A stretch of 64,000 nucleotides of DNA, taken from IMG/VR virus record IMGVR_UViG_3300046689_000570, positions 852 to 64,851 of that record, one strand, 5' to 3'. The notes below the pieces were generated by a model. It searched no databases. It saw only the letters and a program-made list of their open reading frames with translations, and was not told the DNA's origin. Below, piece after piece: positions 9,125 through 18,862 of the stretch (positions within the stretch are counted from its first letter, which is position 1; each line of letters opens with the position of its first letter). Made by a program: the position numbers and the translations under genes. This DNA is from a virus (Duplodnaviria; Caudoviricetes).

Positions 9125-10090
9125 CTAACGGCGGCGACCCACTAGCCGTTGACGAAGGACTACTCCTTCTTGCGGCGTGATCTCCTCGTTGCCAACCGCG
9201 ATCTGAATCTCCTGGACGGTACGGTACTGGGTGCTGCCGTTCTGAGCAGTTCCCCGTACCGCGGGTGGCTCGTTGGCGGGCGAGTGGAGCTTCGCCATCA
9301 CCACCTTCTTCACGTCCGGGTCCTTGTCAATTTCTTCATAGATGTCATTCCGTCCGAGTTCACGGTGATGGTCGGCATGCAGCTTCATGAACTGCTTGAC
9401 GATCATGCCCCGCGCCTCTTCCGGGGAATGCTGGATACGACCCTGTGCATCTGGTTGCAGGGTCTTGTTCCACCACTCGACGTACTGCTCCTGCATTGCT
9501 TCCGGGAGCGACTCCCAGAAAGCGGCGGTATAGGCGGTGTCGAGTGCCGTAGCAGTCGACCGCTGCGCCTCCTGGGCCGCACGTTCCTGGGCCGAGCGAA
9601 TGGATTCTTCCGAGTTGGTTTGGCTGGACAGCCCGTCCTGGTAGTCCTGCAGCTCGCCGGCCAGCTCACCCGCCAGCGCGAGGTCATTCATGGAACGAGC
9701 CTCTTTGATGCGCTGCTGATAGCGGTCGACGGTCTGCCTGCGGTTGTCTTCCTCGGTCTTCTTCCGATAGTTCTCGATCGCGCGGTCCGAGACGCTTTGC
9801 TCGTGTCGGCGGAGTTCTTCGTCAGTCTGGAAGACGTGGCGTGGGGCGGGACGCTCTTCGCGGGGGGGAGTCTCTACCGCGGCGTCCGGGGTTTCGACGG
9901 TGCTCGCTCGTTCAGCCGTTCCACTGGGAGCACTCGTGGCCGAATCTCCCAGGAAACGCTTCGCAATAAAGCCCTTCAAGCCACCCGAACGGGGGGACTC
10001 TGACGCGGGGGTGCTTTGCCCTTCAGGAGCAGGGGAGACGGGAGGAGAGGTCGGCTCAGTCGCCGCCACCTCCTGGACATCGACTGCCAT
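9125..10090 (-). CDS. Capsid scaffolding protein
   Basis: 321 aa; disordered acidic/Pro N-terminus, helical coiled-coil middle, basic C-terminal helix; immediately upstream of the capsid gene. Confidence 0.65.
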   Translation of the reverse strand: MAVDVQEVAATEPTSPPVSPAPEGQSTPASESPRSGGLKGFIAKRFLGDSATSAPSGTAERASTVETPDAAVETPPREERPAPRHVFQTDEELRRHEQSVSDRAIENYRKKTEEDNRRQTVDRYQQRIKEARSMNDLALAGELAGELQDYQDGLSSQTNSEESIRSAQERAAQEAQRSTATALDTAYTAAFWESLPEAMQEQYVEWWNKTLQPDAQGRIQHSPEEARGMIVKQFMKLHADHHRELGRNDIYEEIDKDPDVKKVVMAKLHSPANEPPAVRGTAQNGSTQYRTVQEIQIAVGNEEITPQEGVVLRQRLVGRRR

Positions 10091-10126
10091 ATACCCTCTC
10101 GGACTAGGGATTGGTTCGCTGCGGTG

Positions 10127-10147
10127 GATATTAGCACAAACCGCAAA
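10127..10147 (-). promoter_or_regulatory. Possible extended -10 promoter for the scaffold/capsid operon
   Basis: Intergenic TTTGTGCTAATAT (TG-n-TAATAT) about 37 nt upstream of the scaffold ATG. Confidence 0.35.
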
Positions 10148-11533
10148 CTAACCTGTAGCTACCGCTCCTGTGTAGTACCCTTGCTGATCCCACATGTTAG
10201 GGGAAGGAGGCGTAGGCGCCCCGGAGATCGCCGCATTTCCCGTGTAGGGACCGGGATTCTGCAACAGATACGGGTGCATATCGGTGGGATAGGGCAGCGG
10301 TACCTGATTGCTGTAGAGCGAGACGCCGCCCCGAATGTCCGGGTTCCCGTAGAAGCTCCACAGGGCGTTGATGTCAGGGGCCGCCACCGGCTGCGCCTGC
10401 GAAGAAGCTAGCGCGGCCGAGAAGTTCGGGATGAACTGTCGCTGCTCCCCCTGTGCGTTGCGCCGTAGTGCGGTCAGATCCGGCATAGGCATCGACATAC
10501 CCGGTGCCGCGAAGTTTGGCTGCAAGCCGGGGCTCGCCTGCATCTGCCCGAGCTGCTGGGTGAAGCCAGCCGGGGCGCTGTGCTGCAGCATCCACTGCGC
10601 GTCAGACACCGCGTCTGTTCCCGCGCCACGGGCCAGGGTCTCCCCGTTGATGGCAGCCGCGACGCGCTGGTTCGCCTCGTTGGATCGAGCCAGGGCTGCC
10701 GCGCGTTCGTTCGCGGCCTGCTGAGCGGGCAGGTTCACGGCCAGGTTGATGACGTTGGCCAGGTCGTTCGCCGTCTGCGTGCCGCGGTCCTGCACGAGCT
10801 GGCGCGTATTCTCGAAACCCGTCTGCCCCTGGTTGAAAGACTGCTGCTGACCCGCACGATTTTCCTGAGAGGCGGCAACCTCGCGCGCCTGGATGGCGGT
10901 CAGGATCTGCTGGCTGTTGAGGCCCAACTCCGCGGCGTGCTTCGCGAGCAGCGAGGGATCGGTAACTTTGTTGCCGTTAGCATCGCGGATAAAGTCCGAG
11001 GTACCGTCGGCCGCAATCAGGAGGAACGAGCCGTCCCCGAGGGCTTGCACATGGGGGGCGATGGGAGCGGCTTCCGTCACTGTCTGGATAGATCCGTCCG
11101 GCATGAGGATGGAGTGGCCACCTCGCCCGGTACTGATGTCGCGAACGCCAGTCGTCTCCTGCTTGATCGCCTTGTCGAAGTCGTCTTTCTGCTGCTGGTT
11201 CCAGCCCGTCGCCACCGGCTGCGGTCCGCCAAAGTCCCCCTTCGAGAAGTCGGGCGGCTGGCGACCATCGTACTCGTAGGTCTCAGTGAAGCCGTCCAGG
11301 TGTGTCACCGTGGTGCGCATGGGGATAGGACCACCCGTGTCGATGGGCTGCTTCGAGATCGGGTCTACCATCGCACCCGGACCGGGCACGCCCGCGGTGT
11401 AGCCGATGATGTAGCCATGCGGACTGTTCGAGGGGGCTACCGGGCTCCAGATACTACGAACATTAGGAGAGGGATTGACCGCGCTAGCCGGGGCTTGCAC
11501 AGGGGTCGTAGCGGGTGCGGTCGAGTCTGCCAT
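10148..11533 (-). CDS. Internal virion (ejection/pilot-like) protein
   Basis: 461 aa, rich in Gln/Ala/Pro/Gly; adjacent to the giant internal protein. Confidence 0.5.
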   Translation of the reverse strand: MADSTAPATTPVQAPASAVNPSPNVRSIWSPVAPSNSPHGYIIGYTAGVPGPGAMVDPISKQPIDTGGPIPMRTTVTHLDGFTETYEYDGRQPPDFSKGDFGGPQPVATGWNQQQKDDFDKAIKQETTGVRDISTGRGGHSILMPDGSIQTVTEAAPIAPHVQALGDGSFLLIAADGTSDFIRDANGNKVTDPSLLAKHAAELGLNSQQILTAIQAREVAASQENRAGQQQSFNQGQTGFENTRQLVQDRGTQTANDLANVINLAVNLPAQQAANERAAALARSNEANQRVAAAINGETLARGAGTDAVSDAQWMLQHSAPAGFTQQLGQMQASPGLQPNFAAPGMSMPMPDLTALRRNAQGEQRQFIPNFSAALASSQAQPVAAPDINALWSFYGNPDIRGGVSLYSNQVPLPYPTDMHPYLLQNPGPYTGNAAISGAPTPPSPNMWDQQGYYTGAVATG

Positions 11534-14500
11534 CTAACGACCTCCTCGGAAGCCGGTCTCGTAGGAACGAGCGGCCTGCTCCATACGCTGCATTCGATCT
11601 TCGCGGTTGATACTACCAACTTGCGCGTAGGACTGTCGGATATGCGCGAGAATGTCAGCCTGCTTCTCGGGGGGCAAGAGCACGAAGCCCGGCTGCTGCT
11701 GAATCCGTGCCACCTCCGCGCGAGGGTCCGTGCCGCTCCCGTAGACCGCCACTGTCGCCAGCTCCCCCGCCAGGTCCGCGAGCTTCTGGTCCTGAGTCGT
11801 TCGCACATCGGGGGGAAGTCCCATCGCGGCGCCGATCCCCTGGTGATAGTCGTTGCGGAAGTCGCGGGCCCAGGTCTGAGCGAGGCCATCTCGAAGCTGG
11901 GACAGCTTCCGCTCCTGATAGCCTCCGCGAGACTGAAGCAGGTTCGCGGTGATCGCCTTGCGCAGGGGACCCGCTTCGGCCCAGGTAGGGTTGAGCGGCG
12001 CCAGGTTCGCGCCCATCGGCTGGCCGGTAGCGACGTTCTCCTTGACCTTCGCGACGATGTCCGACGCGGCCAGGAGCTGCCCCCCCAGGCTGTTGGAGGC
12101 ATCGCGAATCGCGAACTCCACTTGAGCAGGAGTCCAGTTCAACTGATCCTCGGTGCTCTTCGCGAACCACTTCGAGAGAGCAGACGAATGCTCATCCGCA
12201 GAAGTCGTCGCGATGGTGGTGTTCTTGAAGAAGTCATGGTTTGCGAGGAGCTGCACAAAGGTCCCTGTGATAGCGGGCAAGAACGCGGACAGGCTCTGCG
12301 AAGGGCTGTCGATAGGCACGGGGGAGCCACTGCCCAGGGTCGCCGCCGCTAGCTCTTGCCAGGTCTCCGCGTTGTAGTTCTGCCCTGAGATGCCTGCGAA
12401 GGCGCGCGCCGCCATGTTGCGGATCGGGTTGACCAGCATCCCGAAGTTCCGCATGGGAGCGATCACGTAGTTGTACTTCTTGCGACCCTGCTCGTCGATG
12501 CCCTGGTTAGGGTCCAACATGAACACGATGCCCTGCTGCTTGATGTAGGGCGGGATGTCGTCATACGCCTTGGCCCGCTCGGGGTCGCTGCGGTTCCATA
12601 TCTCCGCAGCTAAGGTGGGGGTTCCCACCAGCGCGGCCAGGGAGATCGCGGCACCCTTGGGATTGCGCTGCAAAGTACGAGCCAGCCAGGGCAGCGTCTG
12701 GGTGTTCACGTTGAAGAAGGGCACGATCGTATTGATCGCCTTGGTGAGCTGCCCTCCCCGCGAGAAGTCCATGGTCACATCCCGACCGGCGGTGGTCTGC
12801 GCCAGCTCGCTCAGTCCGTGCCGCTTGGCGAGCTGCATCGCCGCGATGCGAGGCGCCATCTCCACTCGTTCGCCGAGCACCGGAGTGGCGTGCAGGAGGA
12901 AGTTTGCCGCGTCTCGCTTGTTCTGGAGGACGTAGCCTCCGCCCTGCTCTACCGCGCGACGAAGCTGTTCGACCTCTTTCTGCGTGCCGCCGAAGTAACC
13001 GAACTGTCCGGCTCCTCCACGGAACAGCTCACGCGCATGCTCGCCAGTGAAGGCGTTCTGGCGTAAGCCTTTGAAGGCGTCGATGAACCCCTTCACCCCC
13101 TCGGCTGCGATCTCCGGGGTAGCGCGCAAACCGTAGCGGCTCCAGCTATCGTGCCAGTACGCGGGCGCGTCCAGGAGGGGGTTACGGATCAGGGCGAAGG
13201 CCGGGTTGTAGGTCGTCGCGGTGGCTCGCGTCAGGTTCGCCGCAGAGACGATCGGGTTCTTGAAGTTGAGCGGCCCCACATGCCAGATGTGATTTGCGGC
13301 AGTCGGGAACTCGAAGGCCGGCGCCAGCGCGGCATCTACCGCTAGAGTCTTCTTCTCTCCATCCACGAAGAGGTGCACGAGCTTCTCGTTATTGGTCGCG
13401 TGGTAGCTTGAAGGAACCTCTCGCATCATGCTTGCAAGCGAGGGGTCCAGCTCCCGCCACTTCCATACCGCGTTGGCGGTCTCGTTCTTCGACGCGCGGC
13501 GCTCGGTGTCCAGCACCAGGCGAACGACCGCGCTGGTCGGATCCTCCCGTCGGCGGGTCGTCCCTTCTTCGGTGAGCTTCCGCAGCCCGATGTCATTCAA
13601 ACCGATACGGTGATTCGAGGGGATATGCTGAGGTTCCTTCATGTAGTCCAGGATGTCGATGGGGATGTAGTTCTTGAACTCACTCCCCAGCCGATCGGCC
13701 AGGTCCTGGGAGATCATCCCCGACTGCACCATGCGGTCACGGAGCGGTGCGATCACATTGTCCTGGATCATGCGCTGCGCCTGCTCGATCTTGGCCCAGT
13801 TCTCCGGGTCCTTCGCGTAGAGCGCCTGCAGCCTCTGGATCTCCTGCGCACTGGTGTCTGCGGTGTGTCCTCCGGAGAACTTGCGCTCTACGCGGGCCTG
13901 TTCGCCAGCCGCTTTCGCTCGCGCCTCCTGACCGTCATAGAACTTCGTCGCGCCTGTGTCGTACTGCTTACGCAAGTCGTTGACGCGCTTCTCCGCGTCA
14001 GCCAACCTTGTCGCATGCGCAGCCTGCGCCTTCACGTCGCTAGCAGGGGGCGTGACTTTATTCAGAGCTGCCTTACTCGCCTCCGCTCGCTTGAGGTCCT
14101 CCCACAAGCCGGGCGGCGGCTTGTACTCCCGAGCGTACTCGGCGCGGTAAGCATCCCGCCCCACCGCTTCTGCCTTGTCGATGTTGTCCAGGGAGGTCAT
14201 GTACTTCTTCAGGTCCTCCACCGCGTCGGGTCCTACATGGCGATAGGCGTCGGTAAGCCCGTTCTGGATCTGATCGAGCCCTCGATAGTAGGAGTCCATA
14301 CGGTTGAGGAGCGAGGCACGCATACCGTCAGGGAGCTTCGCCCCGCTATGACTGTCGGCCCAGAGCTTCTCCATGCGGCGCTCGATCTGCTCTAGCGGTG
14401 CCTGATCGTTCACTAGCGCCTCTTGCACCGCAGTGTTTAGGATCCGTGCCCGCTCTCGAAGTGATCTGGGGGTCTGAGTCGTAGCGTCAGGACCATAGCC

Positions 14501-17500
14501 CAGATCCACCCCCGCCGCTCGTCCGGGGCCGGGCGGCTTTCCCGTGTTTATCGCCTCGTCGAAGGGGATGCCGGAGTACGCCTTACGCTCACCACTGTAA
14601 AAGTCACCTTCAGGAGCAACTTTAGCCCGCTCCTCAGCGGCGCGGCGACGGTAGCGGGCACGCGCATCCGCAGGAAAGGCGGGGTCGTTCGCCATCTGCT
14701 CGAACTGGCGAGCCCGTACGTCGGCGCCCACCGCACCGGGCTGGGCTTCGAGCGGCTTCGCTACGGGAGGTGGAGGAGGAGCCTGCTGCGCGGCACGTCG
14801 TCGAGCCGCCGCATCTTCGGCAGACTTCTGGATCGCGGCCTGCTGCTGCGCGTCTCGGGCAGCCCGGTCCTCGGGAGTCAACTCCGCCATGCGAGCCGCC
14901 TCTTCTGGAGTCGACGGTCCCAGCGCCTCAGGATTCTCGGGTACGGGGTTAGGGCCCTGTCGAGATGATTTGAATGGAGAGTCGACAGAGCTGGGGTTGT
15001 CGCCTAAGTATGAACTGGCTTGCTCCTGCGCCATCTTTCGCAGGTCTTCCACCGGGAGGGCGGGCTTCTTCGCGGCCTCTTCAGCCACCGGATCGTAGAA
15101 CGACGCCTCGGCGTTACGCAGCTTGTCGCCGACCTGCCGTAGGGCAGTGACCTGACTCTCCGCACGTGGTTCTCCACTAGAGGCCCACTTCGTAGTCCCG
15201 CGCTCGGGGTCGAGCCGGCGATCCTGGATCTCCCATAGGTTGGCCTGCTTGTTGCGCACTACGCGGTACTGCATGAAGGTGCCGTCGTCGACGGTGGTCA
15301 TCGCGGCGATCTTCTCTGCCACACCCTCGCTCGGAGTCAGGTGACCGGGGAACGCAGGCTGCTCGACCGCAGGCTGGAGCTGCGCGTTCTCCCGTCGTGC
15401 CGCCTCAAACTGTGCCTGTAATTCAGGACTAGGAGCCGCTTCAGGAGCTGCTACGCTGGAAGGGGCGCTCGGCTCCAATGGCGTAGCCGGCGCCTCTACC
15501 GCACGCCCTGGCGCAGTCTCAGGCAAAGGATTGCGCCGCCACGACTCACGCAGATCCATCGCGGCCTGACGCTGAGCCTCGACTGCGGCAGCGTCCTCCT
15601 TGGCCTTCTCTCCCGCTCGTTGAAGCGCAGCCTCGATCTTAGGAGCATCGGCTTGTTGACGTGCAACGGCTGTGGCCTTCGCCTCGGCATCTGTAGGGAC
15701 GGACCCTTCCGGGATCTGCATCCCCATAGGTTCAGTAGGAGCTAGCGTCGGGACGTTCGCCTCGCCGCTCAGACGGGCGTTCTCGGCGCGCAGCTTCTCG
15801 ATCTCCGCCATCATCTGATCTGCAATAGAGGTAGGCGCGGCCGGCGCCTCAGCCGGACGGCCCGACAGATCCTGTGCCCGCTGACGCGCGGCCTGCGCTC
15901 GACGCAGGAGACGGACCTCCATGTTCGAGTCGCCCATGTCGCGGGCCAGTTGGGCGTCCGTCTCCAGCTCCTGCGCTCGACGCTCTAGCGCGGTCAGGGT
16001 GTAGTTCCCCTCGGGGAGGGCGGGATAGGTCTGACGGCCTGGCTGCTCGTACAGGTCAGGCGCAGTCGTGCGGGGACCAGCCGTGATCGGCTCGTTCAGG
16101 TCTGCGGGGCGGGCAGCGGGCAGCGCGAGCTGCTCCTCAGGCGCCGCGATCGCTCCCCGTGGAGGAGGCAGGTACTGCGGGGCCCCTTCGGGTAGTCCCG
16201 TCGGACGCTCCTCTGTGAAGTCAGGTCGATACGGTGGCGTCGTGAAGCCCGTCTCAGATGAGGTGGGCGTCTCGTTGACGCTGTACTCGGGCGAGACGCT
16301 GTTCAGTGGATTCGCCGCGCGGACCGACTGGTTGTACCTCTCCAGTTCCGCGGCGTAAGCCACCCTCGCCGCATCGTCGGCACGACGCTGCGCGGTCATG
16401 AAGTCCTCGGGGTTCAGACGAATGCTCTCTTCGTAGGCAGCCTGAGACGCGGCTCGCGCCCCTCTCCTGGCGGCATCGTCTGCCGCAATCCTCGCCGCAT
16501 CCAGACCTGCGGGATTAGCGCGAGCTTCTCCCGCTCCGAGGTAGTTGATGGGATTGACGGCCTGCTCCAGGATGTCAACGGGACCCGCATTCACTACGCC
16601 CTGGACTGCGCCCTTTACCCCGCTCAGGTCCAGCGGGCCTACTTGATCGGGGATGAGGTTCGCCTCGGCTCGCGCGAGTCCCACCACCGGGGCCACATAA
16701 GGGATCGCGTTCCTGCCCTGCTCGTTGATGTCCGTGATAGCAGGAAACTGCTGCTCCAGTGCCTGTCGTCCCGCACCAATAACGCCCGACACTGCGCCAC
16801 CGATCGTATCAGGACCACCCATCACGCCCAACTCTGGCTGGCGGAACGTGTAAGCATCAGGAGGAGTGGGAGCGAAGGCGTTACCGACTGCACTCCCTAC
16901 CGCACCCAGCACGTTACCCGCCCCCTGCGCAATGCGCTGCAACGGGTTCGGCTCTTGCACAGGGGTAAGCCCCACGCCACGATCCGCATCGCCGGTCGGC
17001 TGCATCTGGTTGCCCTGCATCGTAGAGAGTGGCTGGTCGTAGCTGGACTGGCCAAGGGTAGGATCGTTCTGCAAACCGTAGGCGGTCGCTCCAGTCGGAG
17101 GCATCTCCGGGGTAGGTGGCGTCTCGGGCACGACGACAGGAGCGGGCGGCGGCTTGGGCCGACCCAGGATGCCGTTGCCCGTCATCGGAACGTCGGGGCT
17201 CGGGGCGATCGTGGGGATAGGCGCCTCGCTCAGGCCCGCCGTGCTACTTACGAAGGGGGTGTACTCCTGCGCACGAGGAAGCGACGTACCAGTCGCCGCT
17301 TCGAACTGTCCCACCACCGGCGCAGCCCGACGAAGGAAGTCCTGTTCATAGGGAGACGGAGTGTAAGGTGCGGGAGTAGGGAGACTCTGCTGTGCTGGAG
17401 TGCTTGGGCTACTCGACGCTGACTGAAATCCCCCTCCAACTCGATTACCCGCAGGAGCTGCTCCGGGGGAAACACTGCCCACCTGTCGTGCGATGGAAAG

Positions 17501-18829
17501 AACTTGACTCGACCAGTTGGGATCGGTTGCATACCCTGCTGCGTGTACCGCACGAATGAACGCCTCCGGGTCGTTAGTCTGCTTAAGCGCCTCAGCGTAA
17601 CGTGGGTTACTCTGCAAAAAAACCGCGAAGTCTCGGAAGCTCTGGGCAGGATCATCGTAAGCGCGGAAGTTGGCCGTAGTATTGACCCGCTGGCCATTCA
17701 CCGACTCCCAGGTTGGACTGTTGAATGTCGCGCCCGTCTGAGGGTTGGCCCCCTTGATCCCGAAGAAGTTATTGCCCGGCGCGCTCTTCCCATAGCCCGT
17801 CTCGTTGGCCGCGATGCCCAGCATGATGTTGGCGGGGATGCCCGTCTCGGCTTGGACCTGTTGGGCGTAGGGCGCCGCACTGGCCAAGAACGCCTGCGGA
17901 TTGGAGCGGTCGATCGGCCCGGGTTTCACCGTAGTGCCTTGTACTGCAGGACTAGGGTTCGGCGTACTAGGGTGATCCAAGTACAGCGTCGCCTGAGGCG
18001 GGCTGATTTTCATTACCTGCTCAGGGGTCATCCACTCCGAACCGCCCTGGCGACTCATGACCGAGCCTGACTTCTCGAAGTTGAACTTGCCGGAGACAGG
18101 GTCGTAGTCGGTCGCCACGAAGTAATGGGCGGGCGTACTAATCGTAACCGGGTTCCCGCTCTGCACATCCTGTTGGATCTTGGCCCAGTCCGCCCCCTGC
18201 TCCAGGCGAGCGGGTACGCCCATGGAGGTGAGGAGTTTGAGCTGGGAGCCGGGTCCGGCCATACCCGCGTCCGGGGTCCACCCGACCTGCTTGGCGAGAT
18301 CCGTCGCTTCCCGCAAGGTAGGCTCGCGTCCGTAAGCACGGGCGAACGCGACGGCCGCGGCGGGACCACACGCGGCCTGGGCCTCTGCGTAGGAGAGCTG
18401 CGGGTCACCAAGCTGGTCGGGCACAAGGGGACCAGCCGGACGTCCCGAGGGAGCGGGAGCAACGCTCCCTTCGGGAGTTTGGGGTGCAGACGGCGTCTGC
18501 ACGCCGCTGATCTGGAAAGGATTAGTCGCGGGCGTAGCCGGAGCAGGAGATTCCTGTACCCCGGAGATTTGAAAAGGCGAGGATTGCACAGGGGGTGAGG
18601 AGGGTTCCTCGGACGCGGGCTCCTGCACGCCGCTGATCTGGAAGTTGGGAGCGGGCTGGCTCAGCTCCTGGTTGGTCGCCTCGTCGGCGTCTTTCCGGGC
18701 CTGCTCCTGGGCGGCCTGGACCGCCTCTTGCTGCTTACGGCGGTCCTCTTCTTCCTGGCGGCGCTGGGCTTCCTCGTCCTGATAGTCGTTGTACAGGTCC
18801 GTAGGAATCGGAGGAAGGCTCAGGGCCAC
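11534..18829 (-). CDS. Giant polyvalent internal virion protein: C39-like peptidase + GH73 (FlgJ-like) glucosaminidase + C-terminal LPD38-like domain
   Basis: 2431 aa; Q..ACGPAAA and HYFVATDYD (papain-like); ANETGYG/NNFFGIKG/FRAYDD/GYATDPNW (GH73); VPFFN...YDDIP...TPAQVEF (LPD38-like). Confidence 0.8.
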   Translation of the reverse strand: MALSLPPIPTDLYNDYQDEEAQRRQEEEDRRKQQEAVQAAQEQARKDADEATNQELSQPAPNFQISGVQEPASEEPSSPPVQSSPFQISGVQESPAPATPATNPFQISGVQTPSAPQTPEGSVAPAPSGRPAGPLVPDQLGDPQLSYAEAQAACGPAAAVAFARAYGREPTLREATDLAKQVGWTPDAGMAGPGSQLKLLTSMGVPARLEQGADWAKIQQDVQSGNPVTISTPAHYFVATDYDPVSGKFNFEKSGSVMSRQGGSEWMTPEQVMKISPPQATLYLDHPSTPNPSPAVQGTTVKPGPIDRSNPQAFLASAAPYAQQVQAETGIPANIMLGIAANETGYGKSAPGNNFFGIKGANPQTGATFNSPTWESVNGQRVNTTANFRAYDDPAQSFRDFAVFLQSNPRYAEALKQTNDPEAFIRAVHAAGYATDPNWSSQVLSIARQVGSVSPGAAPAGNRVGGGFQSASSSPSTPAQQSLPTPAPYTPSPYEQDFLRRAAPVVGQFEAATGTSLPRAQEYTPFVSSTAGLSEAPIPTIAPSPDVPMTGNGILGRPKPPPAPVVVPETPPTPEMPPTGATAYGLQNDPTLGQSSYDQPLSTMQGNQMQPTGDADRGVGLTPVQEPNPLQRIAQGAGNVLGAVGSAVGNAFAPTPPDAYTFRQPELGVMGGPDTIGGAVSGVIGAGRQALEQQFPAITDINEQGRNAIPYVAPVVGLARAEANLIPDQVGPLDLSGVKGAVQGVVNAGPVDILEQAVNPINYLGAGEARANPAGLDAARIAADDAARRGARAASQAAYEESIRLNPEDFMTAQRRADDAARVAYAAELERYNQSVRAANPLNSVSPEYSVNETPTSSETGFTTPPYRPDFTEERPTGLPEGAPQYLPPPRGAIAAPEEQLALPAARPADLNEPITAGPRTTAPDLYEQPGRQTYPALPEGNYTLTALERRAQELETDAQLARDMGDSNMEVRLLRRAQAARQRAQDLSGRPAEAPAAPTSIADQMMAEIEKLRAENARLSGEANVPTLAPTEPMGMQIPEGSVPTDAEAKATAVARQQADAPKIEAALQRAGEKAKEDAAAVEAQRQAAMDLRESWRRNPLPETAPGRAVEAPATPLEPSAPSSVAAPEAAPSPELQAQFEAARRENAQLQPAVEQPAFPGHLTPSEGVAEKIAAMTTVDDGTFMQYRVVRNKQANLWEIQDRRLDPERGTTKWASSGEPRAESQVTALRQVGDKLRNAEASFYDPVAEEAAKKPALPVEDLRKMAQEQASSYLGDNPSSVDSPFKSSRQGPNPVPENPEALGPSTPEEAARMAELTPEDRAARDAQQQAAIQKSAEDAAARRRAAQQAPPPPPVAKPLEAQPGAVGADVRARQFEQMANDPAFPADARARYRRRAAEERAKVAPEGDFYSGERKAYSGIPFDEAINTGKPPGPGRAAGVDLGYGPDATTQTPRSLRERARILNTAVQEALVNDQAPLEQIERRMEKLWADSHSGAKLPDGMRASLLNRMDSYYRGLDQIQNGLTDAYRHVGPDAVEDLKKYMTSLDNIDKAEAVGRDAYRAEYAREYKPPPGLWEDLKRAEASKAALNKVTPPASDVKAQAAHATRLADAEKRVNDLRKQYDTGATKFYDGQEARAKAAGEQARVERKFSGGHTADTSAQEIQRLQALYAKDPENWAKIEQAQRMIQDNVIAPLRDRMVQSGMISQDLADRLGSEFKNYIPIDILDYMKEPQHIPSNHRIGLNDIGLRKLTEEGTTRRREDPTSAVVRLVLDTERRASKNETANAVWKWRELDPSLASMMREVPSSYHATNNEKLVHLFVDGEKKTLAVDAALAPAFEFPTAANHIWHVGPLNFKNPIVSAANLTRATATTYNPAFALIRNPLLDAPAYWHDSWSRYGLRATPEIAAEGVKGFIDAFKGLRQNAFTGEHARELFRGGAGQFGYFGGTQKEVEQLRRAVEQGGGYVLQNKRDAANFLLHATPVLGERVEMAPRIAAMQLAKRHGLSELAQTTAGRDVTMDFSRGGQLTKAINTIVPFFNVNTQTLPWLARTLQRNPKGAAISLAALVGTPTLAAEIWNRSDPERAKAYDDIPPYIKQQGIVFMLDPNQGIDEQGRKKYNYVIAPMRNFGMLVNPIRNMAARAFAGISGQNYNAETWQELAAATLGSGSPVPIDSPSQSLSAFLPAITGTFVQLLANHDFFKNTTIATTSADEHSSALSKWFAKSTEDQLNWTPAQVEFAIRDASNSLGGQLLAASDIVAKVKENVATGQPMGANLAPLNPTWAEAGPLRKAITANLLQSRGGYQERKLSQLRDGLAQTWARDFRNDYHQGIGAAMGLPPDVRTTQDQKLADLAGELATVAVYGSGTDPRAEVARIQQQPGFVLLPPEKQADILAHIRQSYAQVGSINREDRMQRMEQAARSYETGFRGGR

Positions 18830-18862
18830 GGCTCAAGCTCCCCGCTTAGAGATGCGTGAGTA

